Assembly: GCA_965235115.1 (NCBI GenBank)
Contig: OZ249445.1
Location: 17,298,001 to 17,362,000 of the forward strand
Origin: Laetmonice hystrix
Lineage: Eukaryota
Length of the DNA: 64,000 bases
Direction: 5' to 3'
The position numbers and the translations under genes were made by a program. Positions 48,201 to 61,299 of this stretch are shown here, piece by piece. Under the pieces are notes generated by a model, which saw nothing but the letters and a program-made list of their open reading frames with translations, had not been told where the DNA came from and ran no database searches. Numbering within the stretch: the first letter of the stretch is position 1; the number at the start of each line of letters is the position of its first letter.

Positions 48201-49741
48201 CATCAGGGATCCATTGTGTGTGCGAGAGAAAAAAAAAAAGACAGGCAGAAGCAGATAGAGAGAGAGATAACGAGAGAGAGAGAGAGAGACAGAGAGAGAG
48301 ACAGAGAGAGACAGAGAGAGAGACAGAGAGGGAGAGAGAGACAGCAAGAGAGGATATAATAATTGTTTATGAGATTTTGATACCTGTGCATCGACTTTGC
48401 TTCATGCACAGACAGGTAAATTGACCCAACCGTCCATTTAAAGGCCGCCCGACACAAACTACAAACAAAATTGATATGATGGTCTGGCCAACCATACGGA
48501 GACCAATATTTGCCCAATGTACTTTTGCCACCATTATCGGGATCAAGTATTTGTCCTGAAATATGTTTATAAATGAACTGAAACAACGTCATAAAGAAAG
48601 GCCTAGATATAAAAACGTATCAACCGGGACACAAGCGCTGTTTACACTCTATATTATTTAACTATAGCGGCTACTTCTGATGAGCCAATAAAATATACCA
48701 TAGGCAAGCTCCTGAATATTAAGTGATCTTTTACTAAAAAGAGCAGTCCTAAATCGTAACGTTCGCCTTTTGTGCGACATTTTTAACCGCGTTTAATGAT
48801 AGAAATAAATCGAGCCCGGGAGCTGCCACGAACCTCATGCTGTCGTTGTTCCCGGAATCTGTTATTATTATGGTGGTGGAGCTCTTTGTTAGAAGTTATG
48901 AAGGAATGTCACCTGGTCTGGTCATTGCAATGGTCTGGTTCAGTCATAATGTGGTCAGTGTCTGTGCAATGTCCCATGTGGACGATGTCAAAAGGGAGAG
49001 GGGCTCTGGAGGCCCTTAACACACGTAGCCTACCTGAACATTATAGGCCGAATGCATCAGCCCTGAGAATGGATCGAAACTTGATCAGAACGAATTCTAA
49101 AGACGTCTAAATCCGTCCAAATTAGTGAAAGCAAACAAAGGCAGTCCACACTCGGGTGGTGTTTTCTATACGATGGCTGTGATTACAGTCAATAATTTAG
49201 ACCTAATTAGACGTGACGGGCTTCCGTTTAATATCTCCACTTTCTGGTCGCTGTCAGGCCAAATATAAATATCTCCACTTTCTGGTCGCTGTCAGACCAA
49301 ATATAAATTTCTAATATTATCCATGTTTAATGGAAGCAGTTGTTGTCATGTCTTGATATAGTTCGTTATACAGGGACACCCTTCTTTAAAGAAACTATTC
49401 CGGTAAAAGATTTCAGTAAGTATACTATTAATTGACACTATAAGGGCCCAACTCCATGACACAAAATTTTCTACACGGTGCAACTCTTGAACGCTAAGAG
49501 ATGGGAGCTTCTTTTCACACAAACTAAAAATTTGTCACCTAAAGAGCCCAAATCATGCAAAACACGACTTTCGAAAGAAGGTGGACTTGGACCCTTACTG
49601 AATTCACCGATTCATTTATCAGGTAGTTGTTCTATCTAATGTCAGCCCGTTATAATATGTGGTTTCAGGAACAGACGCTGTAACCCTCTGTACGACTGGA
49701 ACTGTAACAACCCGTGGGGCCGGACTGGGCGGAGGCGGTAG
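39250..49741 (+). CDS. Candidate neuropeptide/peptide-hormone precursor, 88 aa, 3 coding exons
   Basis: Exons 39250-39331 (C|GTACGT), 47687-47798 (TTTTTCAG| ... AA|GTAAGT) and 49669-49741 splice in phase to MARTSTMVILAAVTILYFVICTSAISPPEESKMAEFYDWLARNYKSYMDSLDREADKRAIPWQFKNRRCNPLYDWNCNNPWGRTGRRR*. Signal peptide, KR and RR sites, Cys pair, G-RRR terminus; AATAAA at about 50404 and 50420. Confidence 0.75.
39640..39920. repeat. Purine-rich compound microsatellite (GAGA/GAGACATACAGC/GAGACAGG)
   Basis: Direct inspection; source of several low-complexity ORFs. Confidence 0.9.
39985..41035. mobile_element. TA-flanked non-autonomous DNA element, pogo/Tigger-like ends (CAGTGGTCCCC...GGGGACCACTG)
   Basis: TA|CAGTGGTCCCCC at 39985 and GGGGGACCACTG|TA at 41035; subterminal GTGGTCGCT repeats; internal direct duplications. 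Confidence 0.8.
42229..43357. repeat. 73-bp minisatellite, ~15.5 copies
   Basis: Unit aatcaaagccctactaacacattaaaatgctgtatgtaccggtaacttcaccatccaatcttaatgtttcatc. Confidence 0.97.
45006..45645. repeat. 37-bp minisatellite, ~17 copies, diverging at the 3' end
   Basis: Unit gaatcttgactggaagtgttctgacttcgttcatcgt. Confidence 0.96.
46851..47413. repeat. 56-bp minisatellite, 10 copies
   Basis: Unit aaagataaaaacttgtcactcattatctacactaacttactgggtcatattatagc. Confidence 0.97.
48240..48352. repeat. (GA)n/GACA microsatellite
   Basis: Direct inspection. Confidence 0.9.
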
Positions 49742-51093
49742 GCCCAACACACACACCCACACCCACGTGACTCACAACAAACAGAAACCAACGTGGGGGA
49801 AAATACGTCTACGGAACATGCGTTCGTACCCATCACCACATCGCGGATGGCAAACAGAAACAGGGTTCAGCACTACAACCACCAGGTGGAGCCGTCACAA
49901 TCTATAGTTAATAATGTCTGTTTGATTCACTTTCAGTATGTTAAAATTGAGGGAAACTATTGAGATTTTCTATGTGGTTATGTGGAGTTGAGTTGTGAGG
50001 CTAGGATAGGTATAGATCTATAGGCCTTATACTTTGGCCGGTTGTTGTTATTATCTTCACTGTGTTATTGAAGGATTTTTCCAAATGTCTGGGTGAGGGA
50101 CGAATCCCGCCCCCCGCCCCCCCCCCCCCGCCCGCCCCGCCATTTCCAATGTTACGTGGAGGAAACAAAAAAAGTCCACCAAAGCGCCTCTACAAGTTTC
50201 GGGATGCAGACGTTTTTTCTCGTTATGAAGCTGCTGCAGCAGCTGCTCCATCACAAACGCTGCGCCATCAGTCAGATGCTACTTTACTGGGATTGAGGGG
50301 GGGGGGGTGCCCCGGGTGTTTTTAGTTCCCACACCGACGGACCGATGACCCCGGACCAATAACCTCCACTGGCCGACAGCGCGGGTCGGCCCTTCTCCCG
50401 GCTTAATAAATGCGCTCTCCAATAAAGACATGTCAGCCTTTTAAAAAATATATCCCTCGGCCCTTAGTTCTGCTGCATTAAAAGACAATCAATTCACTTT
50501 TTCTTGGCTTTCTGTGTGCGCTGACTTGTGGAGGATTACCTCAGTGTTTGCCATGACCCTATAGCCTTATGTTAGTCTCACATTGGGTTCTCAATATCCT
50601 TGGCGATACGTCTACACTAGCATGACAGCACGGTCGCAATCTACCTAACATATTAGATTTGGACGCTTGGCAAGATAGTACAAAAATAAACAACACATTA
50701 CTTTTTGACATCATACCGGTGCCAAGAAAGTGGAGGCTATAATTGTTCTAGCTTTATGAAAAATGGAGAAATTGTTAGGCAGATGTTGCCAGGGTTTGCA
50801 GGGCTTGGTGATGCATTGGTGTGATATGTAATAAAGTGGAACGATGGTCCTTGTGTATAAACATTTTTTATTTGCGTATTCTTTAAAAAAAACGAAATTG
50901 TACTTTGATAGAGCACAGTAAAGATATCCTGATGGAAATTGCTTTCAGCAAGAAAACTATAATTGCCAAGACCACTTAAGCACGTTTGAACTTAAGAAAG
51001 ATTACCTGTCAAAAAATATCCACTTCGTGACAGACCTTTGCCATGTCAAAGCTAGCACGCCAGCTGAATACGATATAATTCATTAGTTAGTAA

Positions 51094-51583
51094 ACTTCAC
51101 ACGGTGGGTGTGGGTGTGTCTGGGTGTACTTACTTCACACGGTGTGTGTGTGTGTCTACATGTACTTACTTCACACGGTGTGTGTGTGTGTGTGTCTACA
51201 TGTACTTACTTCACACGGTGTGTGTGGGTGTGTCTACATGTACCTACTTCACACGGTGTGTGTGGGTGTGTCTACATGTACTTACTTCACACGGTGTGTG
51301 TGGGTGTGTCTACATGTACTTACTTCACACGGTGTGTGTGGGTGTGTCTACATGTACTTACTTCACACGGTGTATGTGTGTGTGTGTACATGTACTTACT
51401 TCACACGGTGTATGTGGGTGTGTGTACATGTACTTACTTCACACGGTGTGTGTGGGTGTGTCTACATGTACTTACTTCACACGGTGTGTGTGGGTGTGTC
51501 TACGTGTACTTACTTCACACGGTGTATGTGGGTGTGTGTACATGTACTTACTTCACACGGTGTATGTGGGTGTGTGTACACTT
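51094..51583. repeat. ~38-40-bp minisatellite with an internal GT microsatellite, ~12 copies
   Basis: Unit tacttacttcacacggtgtgtgtgggtgtgtctacatg. Confidence 0.95.
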
Positions 51584-52564
51584 ACATACACCATAGATGT
51601 GTAGTGATTGGCTGACCGGAAGTGCTGCACGAGCGCCCTCTGTCGATGATGTCAACACTGACTGCACCGCGTCTTCACGTGCAGTCAATTGTGACATCAT
51701 TACCAGAGACCGTGTTCTAGTCGACAAACACGGCAAAGGGAAGCGATTCTGAAATTAAATGCTAGGGGCCTACCAGCTTCAGCCATTTCAAACTTTTCCG
51801 ACCTCATCCCATCGGTTAATACCTACCCGTACTGGGAGGGATATCGATGGCAGGTGGGGCATGTTGGCATTAAAACGTTCATATCAAAATCGATTCCAGA
51901 TTTCAAAGCCCTGTGAAACAATATTTATCTCAAAAATGACTGTTGGCCCGAGTTTGTGGGATAATATCAGCCGTTTATCCAGTGGGGTCATCAGTCTGTT
52001 GTTAAATATGTTCCCCAAGTGAACAATTCAAATTAAAACAAATAAACAGGTATTATTCATGTACCAATACGCCTCTGGGCTGAGCATAAACATGGTATAA
52101 TCTTTGTAGGCCTCATATTTATGAAATGATCACTGGGGTCTGAGTTCGTGAAGATGAGAATGGGGAACGCCCCCCCCCCCCACCCACCTTCTGAAATCCC
52201 AAACACGGTTGGATCAAAGCTATGAGGATAGAATCTATTGGCATAAAAATTAAAGATTGATTAACTTTTGCCCGCGCCTCTACTTACTCGACGTAAAATG
52301 ACATACATTTATACATATCCTGTGGACGGGTCTAAAAGGTTCTCACTTAGCTCGACCAGTCCGTGGTGCCGTGGCTTTATGGCTGGGCTAGAGTGCGAAG
52401 ACAACGACCGAAAGTTAATGTAATCGCAAGTTTGCTCCCCAAACCTTGGACTACGTTAACTTACAGGTCGGCATCTCTGGGGAGCCAGTCCTTGGTCGAT
52501 CTTTGGTCGATATACGTGTATCCTACAGATTAAGGAGGAGGGGAAGAAGAAAAAAAAAAGACTG

Positions 52565-52812
52565 NNNNNNNNNNNNNNNNNNNNNNNNNNNNNNNNNNNN
52601 NNNNNNNNNNNNNNNNNNNNNNNNNNNNNNNNNNNNNNNNNNNNNNNNNNNNNNNNNNNNNNNNNNNNNNNNNNNNNNNNNNNNNNNNNNNNNNNNNNNN
52701 NNNNNNNNNNNNNNNNNNNNNNNNNNNNNNNNNNNNNNNNNNNNNNNNNNNNNNNNNNNNNNNNNNNNNNNNNNNNNNNNNNNNNNNNNNNNNNNNNNNN
52801 NNNNNNNNNNNN
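52565..52812. other. Assembly gap
   Basis: Run of N. Confidence 1.
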
Positions 52813-54995
52813 AAATATGAAAGCGGGAAGCAGTAAGGAGTAATTGTACTAACTGGAGCTGCAGTATAGCCAATGGTAAGTATAGTAGTACTCGTATTAG
52901 TAGGAGTGTAAGTAGTAGTAGTTTAGGGTTAGGGTAATTTTAAAATAATTTTTAGAATAATATAAGAAGATCTGCCGCAAAGGCTTCCCTCAGAGCAACA
53001 GAAGAACCTTTCCTGAACAACGAAATTATGTTCAATATGTAGTATTTCTTCCTTGCATGTTTATATCTGTTACATGCGAACGTGACATTTCGAACCAAGA
53101 AGTTCTCTACAAGATCCTCTGATGCGAGACCCGACCCGTCGTCCCGTCACCCCCAACCATCTCTGTTCGCTGCATCTGCACCTGTTTGTGAGCTGCATCT
53201 GTGGCGGTGCTTAGGTTCCCACGAGCGCCGCGTAAATCGATGTAGTCCCGAGTTGTACAGCTCACTGTGGGACTATATCAACTTACACGCCAACCATAGG
53301 CAGTCAGAGCCGTGTCCTTGCCAGCCACAGGTGTGACAAGTATCGTGTGGCGACGTCATCAAGTATAGCGTAGATGTACTGAAGGTGTTAGGTATGCCAT
53401 CACGGTAGTCTTCGTTGGCGCCTAACGTTGGCGGAACGTTAGGCGTCATGGGAGACATGGTCATTTAAAGACACGAAAGGAATACACATATATATCCAAA
53501 CAAACCAGAAAATCGTAATAAAAGAAACAGAAATATCAAAATGTCTTAGTCGTAGTCTTCGTGTGGGTGGATGCGCTGGCAGTACCCTATGTTTAGTGTG
53601 GCTGTCACCGCACACATATTCGAAAATGAAAGTTATAGGAATTCGATATGTAAAGCAAAATCAAATAGTTATTCGGAAACGTGTCTTCAGGTGAGACCTT
53701 TTTTTCTATTATTTGACGGATATAGTCTGTATGTTTCGTTAACTACAAAACGTGATTTTTTTTCTTGAAATTCATTGACCTTCTTCAAGCTCCGCAAGAG
53801 TTCCCGAATAACAGTGATCACTGCGGCAGATTTCCATGGTGGTCTAAACGTGCTAACAATGTCGCAACAATGAATAATTGAAGAGTGAAAAATGCTGAAG
53901 CCTTGGCTGTTAGATAAAAAATACATCAAACATTATCCCTGGTGACAATCACATGTACAACGAGACGAGGGACGACTCGCTGTCAGCGACCGACTGGTCA
54001 AAGTCGGCCCGACATTTCAACCAAACCGGCCACTGTCTGTCCCTGTTAGTGCATTGCACCCCATCGTCTTCAGCCCTCAACCTTCTTCAACACCAAACAA
54101 AAAGTGACGGCTGTTTTCTGCCCATTAAATCCAGTGTAGCAACCACGCCACTGTCTGAATGTGCTCTAGAAGATGCCAACCGCTCGTGACTTGACCTTAG
54201 AAACAATATGGTTTCAGAATACACTCAAAGAAAGTCCTGACGGTCGCTTCAAATTGCTCTCTACGTATTGCAAGGGTGTGTGTTGAATTATACCTTGGAT
54301 GTGATAGACATAATAGGCTATTTCTGGTGACTCCCTCATTTGTTTGACTGACGTGTGTCGTGTATGATGGCAGAGACCTCACGTCTGGCATGCGTGGCAG
54401 TGTCCTTGTCGGTAGCCGGACTTCTTGGAATACAAGTCCTCGGAAAACATCGTATCCCGCCCCGGACTGGCTAGTACCTGGATCGGAACAAAATAATATC
54501 TACAATAGAGCGTCATCAAGTACGACTAGAACTGTGATATTATATACTTCTCATACTATTCAACCCAGAATGATAAGTATTTTCGCATAACGAATCGCAA
54601 TATCAGCGCAGCGCCTTGGCGAAGTTTTAAAGTTTTCAATAATGCTCTGCACCTTTGAAATGATTATTTTGAGGCATTTTATGACGAAAAAAATGCATGC
54701 GATTATGTTTGAACATTATTTCATGTGTACTTTTGCAAAAGGCATAGTGAATGCCAAGGTGTATGTTACATCATCAAAGCATTTTTCCCTAATTATGGAC
54801 AGAAAGAATGAGAGGAAGCACTCAGTAAATTTAACTCAGTGGACGATGTTTACAATGACCACATGATCTGTAGACATCATCGTCTGCCTAATGTGTGTTG
54901 AGTGAAGGCAGCCGTATCGGGAACGATTCGTCTAATGGCGTGGTATTTACGAGGTCGAGTGTTGGTCCTCCCACAGCGCCAAAAACTCGGTGATA

Positions 54996-55310
54996 AAAGT
55001 TCACGAGTATACTCAAGTCTCTATAGAGAGAATCAAAGTTCACGAGTATACTCAAGTCTCTATAGAGAGAATCAAAGTTCACGAGTATACTCAAGTCTCT
55101 ATAGAGAGAATCAAAGTTCACGAGTATACTCAAGTCTCTATAGAGAGAATCAAAGTTCACGAGTATACTCAAGTCTCTATAGAGAGAATCAAAGTTCACG
55201 AGTATACTCAAGTCTCTATAGAGAGAATCAAAGTTCACGAGTATACTCAAGTCTCTATAGAGAGAATCAAAGTTCACGAGTATACTCAAGTCTCTATAGA
55301 GAGAATCAAA
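54996..55310. repeat. 39-bp minisatellite, 8 perfect copies
   Basis: Unit aaagttcacgagtatactcaagtctctatagagagaatc. Confidence 0.98.
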
Positions 55311-57976
55311 CGCCGATTTGCAATGGGAATGAACAAGGATATGTTTCGTTGCTGGCAGTCAATAGAGGAAAGGTGAAAATACCTCAATGAAGAGAGTGAG
55401 GCGCCAAACGCGTTTTGCATGATGTTGCCAAAAACGCATCATCTCTCCAGCGCTGGCCTCTTCGTTCGTAAGCTATAGAATATTCATGAATGTATACCTT
55501 TCATAAAGTTGGGCTATTATTGGTGAAACATGTCAACTGCCTTTACAGTAGATCGATCTATTTTTCCTGACTGGAGACACTTTCCATCATATTCAGCGCA
55601 ATCGCCACGTGGTCATGAAAATATCACGCATTTTGACTAATCTCCAACTAATGGCGCTTAGTCCACTGAAGGTCGTATACTCTTTCGGTCAGGCTCCGAT
55701 TTACATATTAGGATTCAGTACCGGCAAAGGAGAAAGGAAATGTAGTTTTAATTACTACTTCCGCCCAGTCGATGACAGCCAAATAATATATTCTAGGATG
55801 TCACGGGGGTCACCGATTCATCATACATGGCGGGCTCCGTGCCCCAGTTGACGAATTTTGGACCTGTTTGTCTTATACGTTATGCATAGATTACATACAT
55901 GCCGCCTAACAATATGGTGCGAACACTGAATCAACCCTATTAAAGAATAAAATGTCATTGGCCAAATTTCTATATGTTTCGCATTTCTAGCTAAACTATG
56001 TATACACAATATATACCTTTGAAAATGTAGCCCTCAATAGATCAAAGGGGATCAGACGAAACCTTATAAGTCTGCGTCAGCAATGGTTAACCCTTGTTCG
56101 AAATGCGAGGCTCAAAACACTGGAGACAAGGTCTTAAAAACAGTGCCAGTGACTAGCTGCGTGTAGTAGGTCGTCCAAATCATACATTATACATCGGCCC
56201 AGTGCCATGACCGCTTTGGCTCTCTCTCTCCCTGCTTGCCAAACTCGGGGCATGTCACCATATCATTCTGCGCACGCGGACATGGCTACTTTTTGCGACA
56301 GCGTCCTATCTCGCCCGAGGGAATGGTCGGACATATTGTGTTATATGAATCAACGAAAACACGCCATAACTGGCGCTGACCCCGCCGCCATGTTTGTAGC
56401 GACCCGGCGGAGGGATACAAAGGGCTGTGACACGGCGGACGCCACCACCGCACGGTCGCCACGGAATCTGGCAACTCAGACCGGAAGTCGTTTTATGCCC
56501 CGTCATCATGGGTGTAGTTGGGCTTGGCACTTGACGCCATAAATCTACATTTAGCCCTGGCTATATATGAGGTTTGCGACGTGCGTCCTTTCCTATACCA
56601 AAGCTCGCAGTCACCACCCCCCTCCCCCCTGCTTGTCACACCGTCGTGTTTGGCAAGCACCCGACACTTGCCAACCGTTGATGTCGTTAGAGCGACTCAT
56701 GTAGGAGACTTTCATCTCTCCTTTCGTGACGTTATTTGCCTCGACTTTGTCGGCTCTACGTTTTCTCTACAAAGGCGCATCATTTGCGCACTTAGAGAGT
56801 TGAAAGCAATACGTTCTAGACCGGCCTGGTATATCGATACTTTCCATCGTGTTATAATAGGCCAAATTGGATTTAAGCTACTTCACGACTGTCCTTTCCT
56901 TCCAGGTGACTTAAATACCTAGACCAATCACAGATAGTGTTTAACGATATTTCACACGGTCAAGGGTGATCATTACCTGAAGTCCATCAACAAATTACAG
57001 GATCTCATGACCCAGGTGACTCTAAAACAGGAGATACATGGATTAATTTGATAGCCCATGTCATTATCGTCTGCCTTCTTGTCTCCCAACTATTAATCCG
57101 TCCCTTTATTATAGGCAGAGAGCTGGACGTGCGTAGTAGGCCTGTTGGATGCTGCCCAACAAGTATCGCACCTTTGAAAATGCATTAGCAGTGTTTCGTA
57201 TATAAGGGCTAGTTTATTGATCTTGCCCTAAACATTAACACAACTTCCACGAAACACCTAATTGGTAACATTCCCAAATCAAGTTAATTTGAAAACAAGT
57301 GTGACAAAACAGCTCAGTCAAAGTCGCGTGACTCCTTGGACGTTCCCCTGTAACCCAGATCACGCGAGAACGTGGTATGCAAATTAGTCGAATATGTAAA
57401 ATAGTCCGGACGCTTGGGTGGGACGGGGGGGAGGAGGTCGAGGAGGAGGGGGAGGAGTGGGAGGGGAGGGTCGTAGTTGTCACCTTCGAATTTTAAACAA
57501 TTACGGGTCGTTAAAGTCTTGTATCAGATTGGGTGCGCCAATATGATATGTCGGCCCAAACATGTGTAGGAATGGCGCCTCTGTGGCCACACTCATATCT
57601 GAATGTGAAATGAGGCAGCAGCAGCAGCTGGCCGTCGCGGCCCACCGGATGCCAGTGGCCATGTACCTGTTCGGAGTTGTACTTCAGGGCATAGCCTGGA
57701 CGCAACGCCACATTTTCCCACACTACATAGACCCCGGGGGCAATCGGCCGTGGTTGCTTAAGGACTCGGTGGGGGAGGAATTCCGTTATAGCGAGGCTGA
57801 CCGACAAGTGAACACTCTCGGTCGAAAGCCAATCGCAACAGTTATTGAACGTTGAACGTGCCTTGGCCGTAAAGAAACTTATGTTTGTATGGAAAATCAT
57901 TTAATGCACTGAATACCGTCCGGCGTAAAATTCAATAATTAATTGGCCACTGACGGTGTGAAAGACAATCAAAGCA

Positions 57977-58325
57977 TTGACTGAACACTGTGGTCTGAAA
58001 GTCAATCACATCATTGACTGAACACAGCGGTCTGAAAGTCAATCACATCATTGACTGAACACAGCGGTTTGAAAGTCAATCACAGCATTGACTGAACACA
58101 GCGGTTTGAAAGTCAATCACAGCATTGACTGAACACAGCGGTTTGAAAGTCAATCACAGCATTGACTGAACACAGCGGTTTGAAAGTCAATCACAGCATT
58201 GACTGAACACAGCGGTTTGAAAGTCAATCACACCATTGACTTAGCTCTGTGAAGTTGGAAAGTCAATCACAACATTAGTTGAACACTGTTCGCTCTGAAA
58301 GTCAATCACAGCATTGACTGAACAC
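57977..58325. repeat. 37-bp minisatellite, ~9 copies
   Basis: Unit cattgactgaacacagcggtttgaaagtcaatcacag. Confidence 0.93.
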
Positions 58326-60661
58326 TGCGCTATATGGAAATCGCGGAAATACGGAAAGTTAATTTCAACCTTTCACAGACAATGTCAACTTTGATTCCCT
58401 AAACTTATATTAACAGGTTGACAAATAGGTCCACCAGCAAAATTATTTTAGTATGACACTTGCGGTTTTTTCAAATCTCACCATCTCGACCCCTGCTCAT
58501 ATGAATACCAGTTTTAAAAAAGAAAACGAAAAGAAGAGCCCATTCTGTGGATGTGGGCCTCTGTTGTTAACACAGTACAATATACACCAAGATACGATAC
58601 GCCTATTTGAAGCTATGAACTATGAAGTTTGGTTAATCCAACTAACCTCTGCTTGCTGGATCAGGCTGTCCACTAAGTCCTCCAGTGGCCGGTCAGTTTA
58701 CAACACTGACAAGATAACCCAAGGACGACCTTTCTATAACCCGAACCTATACACGGCCTCCTATATTACGGCACCTCATTACATTTAAATCTCACCCAAC
58801 CAATCGCAGTTTAACTGGCTATGGTAAATAGCCAATCGACGCCAGGTCCGAATTCGTTGCGGGATGACCGAATTATTTGACCTCGAGGTCACGTACACTT
58901 GTTTCTGTTCGACGTCGGTGATTGGGTATTAACGTCTAAAGTTACTGCGGGGCTAACATATGTCACATGGATGCAGGTTGTTAAGTGTTTAATCACTTAA
59001 ATATGCTAAACTCTACCAATATGCCTCACTTACGACCCTGAAGACCTGTTTAGCATGCTGACACTTATAGGCCTTCTGGAATATTATGGATATTATAATG
59101 TGAAGGTGGAAATTGACATGTCGTCGTGGGATTCATTTAACATGCACTATATTGCGGATAACCCTGATTTTATAATGCTGTTTGTTAATTCAAAATAAGT
59201 TCTCTCCTCGGCGTGGTCATTAATTACTGGGTCAGAACTCGGACGTGGTGATTAATGGAGCATCAGTGGGGGTCCTATTAGTGCCCTTAATCGAGAATGA
59301 AAAAAGTTGTTTTTTAATTGTTGCTATTGGTGTTTTTTAAAAAAATTGAACGGGTACTATATAACAGGCGAATCATAAAGATATTGGTAAAGATTATGAT
59401 ATCCTCTTGCGTTTCAAAACAGCTGTTGATGGTCATGTTCGATCTGGTCAAGTCGTCGTGATTTAGACATAAAATTTATATTTAAAAAACTAATCCCATT
59501 ATATATATCGTTTAACGAATAACAGTTAGAATTTAGACGCCAACTTCCGTGAAGTTTACTAAGTCACAAATTTTATATAGAAAACGGAACCTATCATAAA
59601 GATTTCAGTACAAACAGTGCACAAATTTATTTCAAAATCTATGTCATGGATCATACTTTTGTAACTTGTGAATCTATAAATCTAAAACCACAAAGCTTTG
59701 TCACTCCCGCATATTAGGACAGGACCGGGGGCAACGCCTTTAGAGACTTCACGTTTGCATCTCCGCATACCCTGGCTCAACTGTGGCTTCCCCTGAGGCT
59801 CTATACACTTGGACAACCTCTCTGTGTGGCTTCAGATGAGAGTCTAGACAAACGCGTCTCCAGGAAAGCCGTGTGAGAGAGAAACGACCAAAATGTGTTG
59901 AGCATGCACTTGTTGGCGTCAAGCCATTAAACGGGTCCTACGGTGCAGACTCCACCTCTACAAGTCCACCGTCCGAGCATGCCCTCGGCAATCTATTTGA
60001 TATAGACACAGCAATGGACAGGGCATGTAGAGGCGGTCAGTCTATCACCGGTCTAGTCCGACCCGAGTTATTAAAGGGCCACGCCTCACTACGTCACCGT
60101 ACTGTTGGAGGTGTGGGGGCGGGGGGGGGGGGTCGAGTCTATAGGGGGAACTGCCCTGAGGTCCGGTCCACTCCACCGCCGGCAAGTCGACAATTACCTG
60201 GCCGGCCAGCAAACCGACTCCGCTCCCAACCGCCGCCGCCGCACTCACTGCATATTGATTATGAGTATTCATAAGCAGGGCGCCATACCGACTGTTTCAT
60301 GATTTCAAAATTTGCATCGTTAATGGGTTTGTGACCTCTTTTTTCAATACAAACTTTGTGTCTTGAACCGTTTTCGCATGCAGTCCAACCAGTGTGTCCA
60401 TATAGGTCTCCAGGTCGGTATGGCACTTTTGTTGCAGTTATAGAAATATGGAATGTACAAACTAGGGTGGGGCTTTCGGTGCCACATCCATGTAGTCTGT
60501 GCATGGAAAGATTTCATGCATGAAGAATAATAGTCTAAACTTTCTAGATAACATCAGTTCAGGTCCAAATGACGGTTCCAGTCTGTGATTTTAGAAACTT
60601 TTATGAAAAAAGCATTGCCATGCAATAGTTCATGTATTTCTTTATATCTGGTCAAATGACA

Positions 60662-61027
60662 CACTAAAACAGTGAGAGGGTAGGCCTACTGAACATATCT
60701 GCTCAAATAAAACACTAAAACAGTGAGGGGGTAGGCCTACTGAACATATCTGCTCAAATAAAACACTAAAACAGTGAGGGGGGAGGCCTACTGAACATAT
60801 CTGCTCAAATAAAACACTAAAACAGTGAGGGGGTAGGCCTACTGAACATATCTGCTCAAATAAAACACTAAAACAGTGAGGGGGTAGGCCTACTGAACAT
60901 AGCTGCTCAAATAAAACACTAAAACAGTGAGGGGGTAGGCCTACTGAACATATCTGCTCAAATAAAACACTAAAACAGTGAGGGGGTAGGCCTACTGAAC
61001 ATATCTGCTCAAATAAAACACTAAAAC
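60662..61027. repeat. 51-bp minisatellite, ~7 copies
   Basis: Unit aggcctactgaacatatctgctcaaataaaacactaaaacagtgagggggt. Confidence 0.95.
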
Positions 61028-61299
61028 AAGTGCTTCATATCAGATTGGTCGTTTGATTCTTGTCCAGAGACTTCGTTTCCAAAGAGAAAGAATTATTCGA
61101 AAATGGCAATTCCTAACATGCACAAGACAGGGCGATTTCTTTGGATTCGGGTATGCATAAACATATCCTTATGCGGACTTGTACTTAGGACCGGTAATTA
61201 AGTTACTTAAATATTGAAAGATTTTTGTCGGTCCCTACACTGGTTCCTAGACCGGTGCACTCCTACTTAAAAGGAAATATCAAGTAATTATTGAACTGA

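Noticed and set aside
47850-48600. Faint LINE endonuclease-like motifs on the minus strand (GEINI, LRITSGYICID)
   Set aside because: Too degenerate and stop-riddled to call without an alignment.
51104-51615. Cys/Val-rich ORFs of 162-166 aa in all three plus frames
   Set aside because: Product of a stop-free GT-rich repeat. The unit has a minus-strand GTAAGT, but I could not build a credible upstream exon.
53419-53445. 11-bp stem hairpin CGCCTAACGTT-GGCGG-AACGTTAGGCG
   Set aside because: Isolated, not a tRNA or pre-miRNA shape, and expected occasionally by chance in 64 kb.
57511-57900. GC-rich overlapping ORFs on both strands (97 and 129 aa)
   Set aside because: No recognisable domain and no consistent chain of exons; could be a real exon but cannot be supported here.
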